A stretch of 64,000 nt of DNA from positions 256,062,001 to 256,126,000 of the forward strand of contig NC_086097.1 in NCBI RefSeq assembly GCF_963921235.1, in the 5' to 3' direction. A model generated the notes under the pieces. That model was not told where the DNA came from. It saw only the letters and a program-made list of their open reading frames with translations, and did not search any database. Positions 35,452-47,012 of the stretch are shown one piece after another. Position 1 is the stretch's first letter; every line of letters begins with the position of its first letter. The stretch is from Mobula hypostoma (taxonomy: Eukaryota). The translations under genes and the position numbers were made by a program.

Positions 35452-38058
35452 ACGAATAATGCCCCATGATCTCTTCAGCTACCTTTTTCAGAACTCTGGA
35501 GTGTACACCATCTGGTCAGGTGACCTATCTACCTTCAGACCTTTCAGTTTCCGAATTACCTTCTCTCTAGTTATGGTAAATTCACACACTTCATGCCCAT
35601 GACACCTGGAACTTCCACAATGCTGCTAGTGTCTCCCACAGAGAAGCCAGATGCAAAATAATTATTCAGTTCATCCACCATTTCATTATCCCATTACAAC
35701 TTCTCCAGCATCATTTTCCAACATTCTGATATCCACTCTTGCCTCCCATTTACACTTTATGTATCTGAAGAAACCTTTGGTATGCTCTTTAATATTATTG
35801 GCTAGCTTACTTTTATCTTCCACCTTCACTTTCTTAATGACTTTTTTAGTTGCTTTCTGTTGGAATTCTTTTTACGTTATATGTTAATGATTTAGATGAT
35901 GGAATTCATGGCTTTATTGCAAAATTTGCAGAAAATACAAAGATAGGTTGAGGGGCAGAGTGTTCAGAAGGTAGAGAGGCTACAGAAATAGATAGATTAG
36001 GAGAATGAGCAAAGATGTGGCAGATAGAATACAGTGTCGGGAAGTGTATGGTCACGCACTTTGGTAGAAATTAAAAGGTTGACTATTTTCTAAATGGAAA
36101 GAAAATACAAAAAACCGAGGCACAAAGGGACTTGGGAGCTCTTGTGCAGAATTCCTAAAGGTTAACTTGCAGGGCGAACCTGTGATGTGGAAGGCAAATG
36201 CGATGTTACCATTCATTTCAAGCGGACTAGAATATAAAAGCAAGGATGTAATGTTGAAGCTTTATAAAGCGATGGAGAGGCATCACTTGGAGTATTGTGA
36301 GGTGTTTTGGGCCCATTGTCTTAAAAAGGATGTGCTGAAATTGGAGAGAGTTCAAGGATGGTTCACAAAAATTATCCACGATTGAATGGCTTGTTATTCA
36401 GTGTTTGATGGCTCTGGGTATTCAGAAGAATGAGGGATGACCTCATTGAAACCAATCGAATGGTGAAAGGGCTTAATATAATGGGTGTTTCTAAGCCCAG
36501 AGGACACAGCCTCGGAATAGAGGGGCATCCTTTTAGAACAGAGATGAGGAAGAATTTCTTTAGCCAGAGAGTATCAAATCTGTGGGCATTATTTGCTACA
36601 GGCAACTGTGGAGGGCAAGTTTTTATGTATATTTAGTATAGAAATATACTAAATACACCTCACTATAGGAAGGATGTGGAAGCATTGGAAAGGGTACAGA
36701 GGAGATTTACCAGGATGCTGCCTGGTTTAGAAAGTATGCATTATGATCAGAGATTAAGGGAGCTAGGGCTTTACTCTTTGGAGAGAAGGAGGATGAGAGG
36801 AGACATGATAGAGGTGTACAAGATAATAAGAGGAATAGATAGAGTGGATAGCCAGCGCCTCTTCCCCAGGGCACCACTGCTAAATACAAGAGGACATGGC
36901 TTTAAGTTAAGGGGTGGGAAGTTCAAGGGGGATATTAGAGGAAGGTTTTTTACTCAGAGAGTGGTTGGTGCGTGGAATGCACTGCCTGAGTCAGTGGTGG
37001 AGGCAGATACACTAGTGAAGTTTAAGAGACTACTAGACAGGTATATGGAGGAATCTAAGGTGGGGGCTTATATGGGAGGCAGGGTTTGAGGGTCGGCACA
37101 ACATTGTGGGCCGAAGGGCCTGTACTGTGCTGTACTATTCTATGTTCTATGAAACATTGAAATCTATAGCACATTACAGGCCCTTCAGCCCAGAATGTTG
37201 TGCCAACCATGTAACCTACTCTAGAAGCTCTTTAGAATTTCCCTACTGCATAGCCCTCTATTTTTCTAAGCTCCATGTACCCATCTACGAGTTTTTTAAA
37301 AGACCCTATTGTACTCGCCTCTACTACCTTTGCTGGCAGTGTATTCCACGCACCCACCACTCTCTGTGTGAAAAACTTACCTCTGACATCCGCCTTGTAC
37401 CTACTTCTAAGCACCTTAAAACTGTGACCCTCGTGTTAGCCATTTCAACCCTGGGAAAAAGCCTCTGGCTATCCACACAATCAATGCCTCTCATCATCTT
37501 ATACATCAATCAGGTCACCTCTTATCCTCCAGCGCTCCAAGGAGAAAAGGCCAATCTCACTCAACCTATTCTTATAAAATATGCTCTCCAATCCAGGCAA
37601 CGTCCTTGCAAATCTCCTCTGCACTCTCTCTATAGCATCCATATTCTTTCTGTAGTGAGATGACCAGAACTGAACACAGTACTCCAAAGTGGGGTCTAAC
37701 TAAGGTCTTGCATAACTGTAACATTACCTCACAGCTCTTGAACTCAATCCCATGGTTGATGAAGGCCAACACACCATATGCCTTCTTAACAACACTGCCA
37801 ACCTGCACAGCAGCTTTGAGAGTCCTATGGACATGGACCCCAAGATCTCACTGATCCTCTACACTGCCAAGAGTCTTACCACTAATATTATATTTAAAGC
37901 AGAGGTTGATAGATTCTTGATTGGTTAGGGCATTAAAAGATGCAGGGAGAAGGCAGGATATTGGGACTGAGAGGAAAATTGGATCAGCCATGATGAAATG
38001 GCAGAGCAAACTCCATGGGCCAAATGGCCTAATTCTACTCCTGTATCTTATGGTCTTG
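35452..38058. mobile_element. CR1 fragments, including a subfamily-A 3' end (+, about 36655-37150) and a minus-strand CR1 3' end (about 37155-37890)
   Basis: ORF 36676..37089 ends …MGGRV; minus-strand ORFs 37232..37808. Confidence 0.8.
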
Positions 38059-38742
38059 TACGGAGCTGTGCTCAGACACAGTCAGCTCCTTGATGCCAAT
38101 TAAAGGTGTCTTTGTCTTTTTTACAACTGCAGGACAAGCTTGGGCATTAAGAACTTGGTGTACTGCAGGTCTACCCCATCAGCAAGCGACTCATTGGTGG
38201 AGAATCTGGACTGCTGCGGACCACGTTGCTACCTGCTTCAGATAGATATCAGAGTCGTTGTACGGTCTAATAGCCAGTGATTGTCTTGAACATTTTTCTT
38301 GCGATTTCAAGACCCTGTTGGGATATTGGTAATGTAAATTACTGCCTCAGTTGTAGCGAGCACTAGCGCTCATGCCACAGGCTAGCTGTTGCAGCAGTCC
38401 AGGAGGGGATACACGGAGGTTGTGCTGGATTGGGTCTGGCCCCTCCCGTTGGTGCTATATTTCAGTTTTCACTCGGTGAAAATCAAGCTGGATTGCGTGT
38501 ATGTTTGTCTGTATACCGCTGATGGCTGCTTGTTCCTGCCAATAACACCCATGCACCATCAATTTACAGGACACGTCACTCAGGGAATTGGCTATATTAT
38601 GTTTTTTGCTGTGTGACTATATGAATACTGATATCATATTTGGGCCTTGTGCTGTAAGCGTCTTGGCATGTGTTTTGCACCTTGGCTGTATTCTTGGGTA
38701 TTCATATATGGTTGAATGAAAATTAAACAAACTTGAACTTGA
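38059..38742 (+). mobile_element. Old non-coding retro-insert with (AACTTG)n tail
   Basis: Ends in ttgaatgaaaattaaacaaacttgaacttga; no recognisable ORF. Confidence 0.45.
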
Positions 38743-39262
38743 GATTAGCAGGTATGGTATTGTGAGCATCATTGAAAAGTGACTGAAAGAAAATCTTAGC
38801 TGGGAGCTTAACATCCAAGGATACACATTGTATCAAAAGGACTGATTCCAGGAATGAAAGGGTTACCGTATGACCGTATGAAGAACGTATGGCAGCTCTT
38901 GGGCTGTATTCCTTGGCGTTCAGGAGAATGAGGGGGGATCTCATAGAAACATTCAAAATTTTAAAAGGCCTGAACAGATTAGATATGGCAAAGTTATTTC
39001 CCATGGTAGGGGATTCTAGGACAAGAGAGCATGACTTCAGGATTGAAGGACGTCCTTTTAGAACTGAGATGCAGAGAAATTACTTTAGTCAGAGGGTAGT
39101 AAATCTATGGAATTTGTTGACACCTGCGGCTGTGGAGGCCAAGTCATTGGGTGTATTTAAGGCAGAGATAAATAGGTTCTTGATTAGCCAGGGCATCAAA
39201 GGGTATGGGGAGAAGGCAGGGGAGTGGGGATGACTGAAAGAATTGGATCAACCATGATTGAA

Positions 39263-42145
39263 TAAAGGGTGTAAAGGGAGTAAAGTAGTAATGTAGAAGG
39301 GCTGAAATGTGTGTACTTCAGTGCAAGAAGCATCAGGAACAAAGGTGATGAACTGACAGCTTGCATACATACATGGAATTATGATGTAGTGGCCATTACA
39401 GAGACTTGGCTGGCACCAGAGCAGGAATAGGTTCTCAATATTCCTGGATTTCAGTGCTTTAAAAGGGATAGAGGATGGGAAAGGGGAGGAGGGATGGCAT
39501 TACTGGTCAGGGATACTATTACAGCTACAGAAAGGGTGGGTAATGTAGCAGGATCCTCTTTTGAGTCAGTATGGGTGGAAGTCAGGAACAGGAAGGGAGC
39601 AGTTACTCTATTGGGGGTATTCTATAGGCCCCCTGGTAGCAGCAGAGATACTGAGGAGCAGATTAGGAGGCAAATTTTGAAAGGTGCAAAGATAACAATC
39701 ATGGGTGACTTTAACTTCCCTAATATTGATTGGCACCTGATTAGGTCCTAGGGTTTGGATGGGGCAGAGTTTGTTAAGTGTGTCCAGGACAGATTCCTGT
39801 CACAGTATGTTGTCAGGCCAACTAGGGGGAATGCCATACTAAATCTGGTATTAGGTAACGAACCGGGTCAGGTCACAGATCTCTCAGTGGGTGAGCATCT
39901 GGGGGACAGTGACCACCGCTCCCTGGCCTTTAGCATTATCATGGAAAAGGATAGAATCAGAGAGGACAGGAAAAATTTTAATTGGGGAAGGGCAAAATAT
40001 GAGGCTATAAGGCTAAAACTTGCAGGTATGAATTGGGGTGATGTTTTTGCAGGGAAATGTACTATGGACATGTGGTCGATGTTTAGAGATCTCTTGCAGG
40101 ATATTAGGGATAAATCTGTCCTGGTGAGGAAGATAAAGAATGGTAGGGTGAAGGAACCACGGATGCAAGTGAGGTGGAAAATTTAGTCAGGTGGAAGAAG
40201 GCAGCATACATGAGGTTTAGAAAGCAAGGATCAGATGGGTCTATTGAGGAACATGGGGTAGCAAGAAAGCAGCTTAAGAAGGGGCTGAGAAGAGTAAGAA
40301 GGGGGCATGAGAAGGCCTTGGCGAGTAGAGTAAAGGAAAACCCCAAGGCATTCTTCAATTATGTGAAGAAAAAAAGGATGACAGGAGTGAAGGTAGGACT
40401 GATTAGAGTTAAAGGTGGGAAGATGTGCCTGGAGGCTGTGGAAGTGACCGAGGTCCTCAAAAATAATTCTCTTCGGTACACCAATGTGAGGGAACTTGAT
40501 GGCGGTGAGGACAATATGAGTGAGGTTGATGTTCTGGACCACATTGATATGAAGGGAGAGGAGGTGTTGGAGTTGTTAAAATACACTAGGACAGATAAGA
40601 CCCCAGGGCCTGACAGAATATTCCCCAGGCTGCTCCACAAGGCGAGGAAAGAGATTGCTGAGCCTCTGGCTAGGATCTTTAAGTCCTCGTTGTCTATGGG
40701 AATGGTACTGGAGGACTGAAGGGAGGTGAATGTTGTCCCCTTGGTCAAAGAAGGTAGTAGGGATAGTCCGGGTAATTAAAAGACCAGTGAGCCTTACGTC
40801 TGTGGTGGGAAAGCTGTTGGAAAAGACTCTTGGAGATAGGATCTCTGGGCATTTAGAGAATCATGGTCTGATCAGACACAGTCAGTTTGGCTTTGTGAAG
40901 GGCAGATCGTGTCTAACAAGCCTGATAGAGCTCTTTGAGGAGGTGACCAGGCATATAGATGAGGGTAGTGCAGTGGATGTGATCTATATGGATTTTAGTA
41001 AGGCATTTGACAAGGTTCCACACAGTAGGCTTATTCAAAAAGTCAGAAGGCATGGGATCCAGGGAAGTTTGGCCAGGTGGATTCAGAATTGGCTTGCCTG
41101 CAGAAGACAGAGGGTGGTGGTGGAGGGACTACATTCAGATTGGAGGATTGTGACTAGTGGTGTCCCACAAGGATCTGTTCTGGGACCTCAACTTTTTGTG
41201 ATTTTTATTAACGACCTGGATGTGGGGGTAGAAGGGTGGGTTGGCAAGTTTGCAGACGACACAAAGGTTGGTGGTGTTGTAGATAGTGTAGAGGATTGTC
41301 GAAGATTGCAGAGAGGCATTGATAGGATGCAGAAGTGGGCTGAGTTAGTGGCAGATGGAATTCAACCCGGAGAAGTGTGAGGTGGTACACTTTGGAAGGA
41401 CAAACTCCAAGGCAGAGTACAAAGTAAATGGCGGGATACTTGGTAGTGTGGAGGAGCAGAGGGATCTGGGGGTACATGTCCACAGATCCCCGAAAGCTGC
41501 GTCACAGGTAGATAGGGTAGTTAAGAAAGCTTATAGGGTGTTAGCTTTCATATGTCGAGGGATAGGGTTTAAGAGTCGCGAGGTAATGATGCAGCTCTAT
41601 GAAACTCTGGTTAGGCCACACTTGGAGTACTGTGTCCAGTTCTGGTCACCTCACTATAGGAAGGATGTGGAAGCATTGGAAAGGGTACAGAGGAGATTTA
41701 CCAGGATGCTGCCTGGTTTAAAGAGTATGCATTATGATCAGAGATTAAGGGAGCTAGGGCTTTACTCTTTGGAGAGAAGGAGGATGAGAGGAGACCTGTT
41801 AGAGATGTACAAGATAATAAGAGGAATAGATAGAGTGGATAGCCAGCGCCTCTTCCCCAGGGCACTGTTCAATACAAGAGGACATGGCTTTAAGGTAAGG
41901 GGTGAGAAGTTCAAGGGGGATATTAGAGGAAGGTTTTTTACTCAGAGAGTGGTTGATGCATGGAATGCACTGCCTGAGTCAGTGGTGGAGGCAGATTCAC
42001 TCGTGAAGTTTAAGAGACTACTAGACAGGTATATGGAGGAACTTAAGGTGGGGGCTTATATGGGAGGCAGGGTTTGAGGGTCGGCACAACATTCTGGGCC
42101 GAAGGGCCTGTACTGTGCTGTACTATTCTATATCTATGTTCTATG
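39263..42145 (+). mobile_element. CR1 subfamily A, nearly complete ORF2 (EN and RT, several lesions), inserted in the 3' UTR of another CR1
   Basis: ORFs 39494..42077; the host UTR breaks at ccatgattgaat and resumes at gaatggcagagcag. Confidence 0.9.
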
Positions 42146-42219
42146 AATGGCAGAGCAGAGTTGATGGGCCAAATGGCCTACTTCTGCTCCTATATCTTAT
42201 GGTCTTATGATCTTATGAC

Positions 42220-43475
42220 TGGCAGGTAGGCAGAGGATAAATTCAAAACTTTGGAAAGAGTTTAGATAAGATCAGGAGATACAGAATCCTTGTGGGTAAA
42301 GTTAATAAACTGCATGGGTAAAAAGACCCTGATTTGAGTTATATACAGACTTCTGAGCAGTAGTCAGGATGTGGTATATAAATTACAACAGGAAATAAAA
42401 AAACACCTGTAAAAAAGGCAATGTTACGATAGTCATGGGGGATTTCAATACGCAGGTAGATTCGGAAAATTGGGTTGGTGCTGGATCCCAATAGAGGGAA
42501 TTTGTAGAATGCCTATGGAGATGGCCGTCTTCTAGAGCAGCTTGTGGTTAAGATCAGTTAGGAACTGCAATTCTGGACTGGGTGCTGTGTAACGAATCAG
42601 ATTTGATTAGGGAGCTTAAGGTAAAGGAATCCTTTGGAGGCAAGTGATCATAATACAATAGAATTAAGACTGCAGTTTGAGTGGGAGAAGAGAAAGTCAG
42701 ATGTATCAGTACTAGAGTAAAGGAAATTACAGAGGCATAAGAGAGGAGCTGTCCATAGTTAGTCCTGACGAAGGGTCTCGGCCTGAAAGGTCGACTGTAC
42801 CTCTTCCTAGAGATGCTGCCTGGCCTGCTGTGTTCACCAGCAACTTTGATGTGTGTTGCTTGAATTTCCAGCATCTGCAGAATTCCTGTTGTTAGCTGTC
42901 CATAGTTGATTGGAAGGGGACAAAGCAGGGAACAGTAGTGGCTGGAATTTCTGGGGGCAAATCAGAAAGCACAGGATAGATACATTCCAAAGATGAGTAA
43001 GTATTCTAAAGGGAGGAAGAGGTAACTGTGGCTGACAAGGCAAGTCAAGGGCAGCAAAAAAGGAAAGGAGAGGACATACAAAATAGCAACAATTTGTGGG
43101 AAGCTAGAAGATTGGGAAGCTTTTAAAAACCAACAGAAGGCAACTAAAAAGCTATAAAGAGAGATAAGATGAAATATGAAGTTAAGCTAGCCAATAATAT
43201 AAAAGAAGCTTTTTCAGATATATAAAGAGTAAAAGAAAGGTAAAAGGAAGGTGAGAGTAGATATCGGACCTTTGGAAAATGACGCTGGAGAGGTAGTTAT
43301 GGGGGACAAAGAAATGGCAGAGGAACTTAATAAGTATTTTGAATCAATCCAGAAATTCAAGAGTGTCAGAGGTCAGGAGTGAGTGATGTTGATACTGAGG
43401 AGAAGATGCTTGGGAAGCAGAAAACTCTGAAGGTAGATAAGTCACCTGGACCAGTTGGACTACATCCCACGGTTT
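42220..43475 (+). mobile_element. Old CR1 EN/linker fragment (host of the 133-bp PLE insert)
   Basis: IVMGDFN and SDHN remnants; KVDKSPGP at about 43430. Confidence 0.7.
42761..42893 (+). mobile_element. 133-bp Penelope-terminus insertion starting at a hammerhead motif
   Basis: 14-bp TSD AGCTGTCCATAGTT at 42747-42760 and 42894-42907; sequence matches 3888-4020. Confidence 0.85.
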
Positions 43476-43703
43476 TCATTTACCAAAAAACAGTCAGGGC
43501 AGCTAAACCCAAACAGGCCAAAGCAGACAAAATATTCAATGTAAGAAAAGAACCAATTTGCCTGGGCATGGGTCAGGACTGTTCAGACACAAAATGCCTG
43601 GAAACATCAAATACATTCTGCAGATAAATGGAGATCCATCCTATTGATGATACTACTATTTGTTAAAAACAGTTTTTAATTAAGTTCAAAGTTGAATTCT
43701 CAC

Positions 43704-43923
43704 CTGGCTGCAAAGTTGTGGCAAGAAGGGAATGAATATAGAGTGAAAACTGCGCCCGGATCCACTCATCTCCTCCTTCCCAACCAGTCCCATCGAGAAA
43801 CACATCATCCCTATTTTCAGTTACATGCTTCACCAGAAAGTCTGCGAAACGCAAGTCTGCTGTGGTGAGGTTTAATACTTTGCGTAATTCTGAATCATGT
43901 ATTTGTATGGCAGATTCCTCAAT
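43704..43923 (-). CDS. AVL9: AVL9 internal coding exon (220 bp, phase 0/1): IEESAIQIHDSELRKVLNLTTADLRFADFLVKHVTENRDDVFLDGTGWEGGDEWIRAQFSLYIHSLLATTLQP
   Basis: Contains the AVL9 motif TADLRFAD...DGTGWEGGDEWIRAQF. Acceptor ttttacAG|ATT, donor CCAG|GTgaga. Joins the upstream exon in frame (…AVID/IEES…). Confidence 0.95.
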
Positions 43924-44107
43924 CTGTAAAAGAAATACACAAGATAAAAGAACTCCTACAAGCTGCATTCTTTTCATCCTGAAGAAATGGCTTTTACCTT
44001 CAGATTTCTTTTCTTTTCAAATCTTTTTATTGTTATATTATACAACAGAAATAACACAAGTACATGAAGTAACAACACTTACAATGTCTATTCAGATTTG
44101 ATGAAAG

Positions 44108-45128
44108 TATAGAACATAGAACAGTACAGCACATTACAGGCCCTTTGGCCCACAATGTTGTGCCAACCCTCAAACCCTTCCTCCCATATAACCCCCCCAC
44201 CTTAAATTCCTCCATATACCTGTCTAGTAGTCTCTTAAACTTCACTAGTGTATCTGCCTCCACCACTGAGTCAGGCAGTGCATTCCACGCATCAACCACT
44301 CTCTGAGTGAAAAACCTTCCTCCAATATCCCCCTTGAACTTCCCATCCCTTATCTTAAAGCCATGTCTTCTTGTATTGAGCAGTGGTGCCCTGGGGAAGA
44401 GGCGCTGGCTATCCACTCTATCTAATTATCTTGTATACCTCTATCATATCTCCTCTCATCCTCCTTCTCTCCAAAGAGTAAAGCCCTAGCTCCCTTAATC
44501 TCTGATCATAATGCATACTCTCTAAACCAGGCAGCATCCTGGTAAATCTCCTCTGTACCCTTTCCAATGCTTCCACATCCTTCCTATAGTGAGGTGACCA
44601 GAACTGGACACAGTACTCCAAGTGTGGCCTAACCAGAGTTTTATAGAGCTGCGTCATTACATCGCGACTCTTAAACTCTATCCCTCGACTTATGAAAGCT
44701 AACACCCCATAAGCTTTCTTAACTACCCTATCTACCTGTGAGGCAACTTTCAGGGATCTGTGGACGTACCCCGAGATCCCTCTGCTCCTCCACACTACCA
44801 AGTATCCTGCCATTTACTTTGTACTCTGCCTTGGAGTTTGTCCTTCCAAAGTGTACCACCTCACACTTCTCCGGGTTGAACTCCATCTGCCACTTCTCAG
44901 CCCACTTCTGCATCCTATCGATGTCTCTCTGCAATCTTTGACAATCCTCTACACTATCTACAACACCACCAACATTTGTGTCGTCCTCAAACTTGCCAAC
45001 CCACCCTTCTACCCCCACATCCAGGTCATTAATAAAAATCACGAAAAGTAGAGGTCCCAGAACAGATCCTTGTGGGACACCACTAGTCACAATCCTCCAA
45101 TCTGAATGTACTCCCTCCACCACCACCC
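44108..45128 (-). mobile_element. CR1 subfamily A 3' fragment
   Basis: ORFs 44728..45126, 44418..44813 and 44033..44416; TTCTATG tail. Confidence 0.88.
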
Positions 45129-45240
45129 TGTGGGAGGAAACTGAAGCATCCGGAGGAAACCCACACAGTCACAGGGAGAACATACCTAATCCTAATCCTT
45201 ACAGGTAGTGGCGGGAACTGAAGCCAGGTTGCTGGTACAG
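45129..45240 (-). mobile_element. V-SINE (HE1-like) fragment
   Basis: gtgggaggaaactgaagcatccggaggaaacccacacagtcacagggagaac is the reverse complement of the recalled V-SINE central domain. Confidence 0.65.
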
Positions 45241-45553
45241 TACTTTCAAACCTTTCAGTTTCCCAAGAATCTTCTCTCCAGTACTGGTAACCTCACACAC
45301 TTTATGACCCTATGCTGCTAGCGTCTTCCACCATGAAGATTGACACAAAATACTTATTTACTTCATCTGCCTTTCATTGTCCCCCATTGCTACTTTTCCA
45401 GCATCATTTTCCAGCAGTTGGGTATTCACTCTTGCATCTCTTTTACACTTTATGAATGGCTAATACCAGGGGACATTATTTTAAAGTGACTGGAGGAAGG
45501 TATGGGGGAGGGGATGCCAGAGACATGTTCTTTACACAAAGCGTGGCAGGTGC

Positions 45554-45790
45554 TGTTATGTTTTGTTACTCCAGGACATAAAATTAACTGAAAGAAAAAC
45601 ATAGGGAGATTGAGACAAAAGTGTATTCTTCGTTTTTACTTTTAGCAAGATGCGCACTTATGACATGATGATGTAATAATATATGTAATAATGTATAACC
45701 TGTAATAAATTATTTAAACAAAGAATGCTTAATCAAACAATATATTTACAACATTACTGAAGTCTTAATGAAATATTAAATAAAAGAACA
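45554..45790. mobile_element. Short AT-rich solo LTR (237 bp)
   Basis: TGTT…AACA termini; 5-bp TSD GGTG(C/T) at 45549-45553 and 45791-45795; interrupts a CR1 3' end. Confidence 0.6.
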
Positions 45791-46234
45791 GGTGTGTGGA
45801 ACACCCTGACAGGGATGGTGGTACAGGCAGATACATTAGAGAAATTCAAGAGACTCTTAGATAGACACATGAAAGAAAAAAGGAAAACTATATCTGAGGG
45901 AAGAGTTAGATTGATCTTAGAGTCAGTTAAAAGGTCAGCACCTTGTGTGTCAAAGGGCCTTTATTGTGCTGTAGTGGTCTATGTTTTTCATTGCCCTTAA
46001 TAAGCTGATAGTCAGCCATTTTCTTAAACCACTGCAATTGCAGTGGTGAAAATAGGTACAAACACATAGCTGCTCAGTATGGAACTCCAATCTTTTGACA
46101 AGTGACCATAAAATAACAGTGATATATTCTGAAATCAAGATGGTTATGTCTTCAAAACAGAGAAACTGGGATTTGGTGTTTACTTGCAGATGCTGAAGAT
46201 CACACAGACTACAGCTTTGGGATGTATTGCTGAA

Positions 46235-46915
46235 ATCCCCTGCCTTCTCACCACATCCTTTAATGTCCAGACAAATCAAGACTCTATTGACCTCTGCCTT
46301 AAATCTACCCAAAGACTTGGTCTCCACAGCTTCCCATAGCAATGAATTCCACTGATTTACCTCTCTCTGGCTACAGAAATTACTCCTCATCTCCATTCTA
46401 AATGGATGTCCCTTATTCAGAGGCTGCGTCCACTGGTCTAAGACTACCCGAAAATAGGAAACATCCACTCTATCGAAGCATTTCAACATTCCATAGGTTT
46501 TAAAGAGATTACCCCTCATTCTTCTGAATTTCAGTGAGTCTAGTCCCAGAGCCACCAAGCTCTCCACATATGATAAGTATTTCAATCCTGGAATCATTTT
46601 TGTGAAACTCCTTTGAACCCTCTCCAAGATTAGCATCTTCTTTCTCAGATAAGGGACCCAAAGCTGCTCACAGTTCAAAGTGCAGTCTAATCAATTGACT
46701 TATAAATCCTCAACATTACACCCTTGAAATATTATAGTTCTCTTGAAATGAATGCTAATGAATGCTTGAAATATGCTTTCCTCACCACACACTCAACTTG
46801 CAAATTAACCTTTAGGAAATCCTGCATGAGGATTCCCAAGTCCCTTTGCACCTCAACACTTTGAAATTTCTCTCCACTTAGAAAATAGTCTATACTTTTA
46901 TTTCTTCCACCGAAC
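46235..46915 (-). mobile_element. Old CR1 RT C-terminal fragment
   Basis: ORFs 45950..46678 and 46732..46956. Confidence 0.72.
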
Positions 46916-47012
46916 TGCATTCCGACAGCCCAATATGCAGCAGGAGCAGGCCACAATGACAGATTTCTTGCAGCTCAGCAACGTTTGTTTGTCGAGGTGA
47001 CTATCGTTGGAG

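Noticed and set aside
43663..43977. ORF-track proteins 43663..43977 and 58654..58911 as standalone genes
   Set aside because: They are AVL9 exons with intronic read-through on both sides; the splice sites define the real boundaries.
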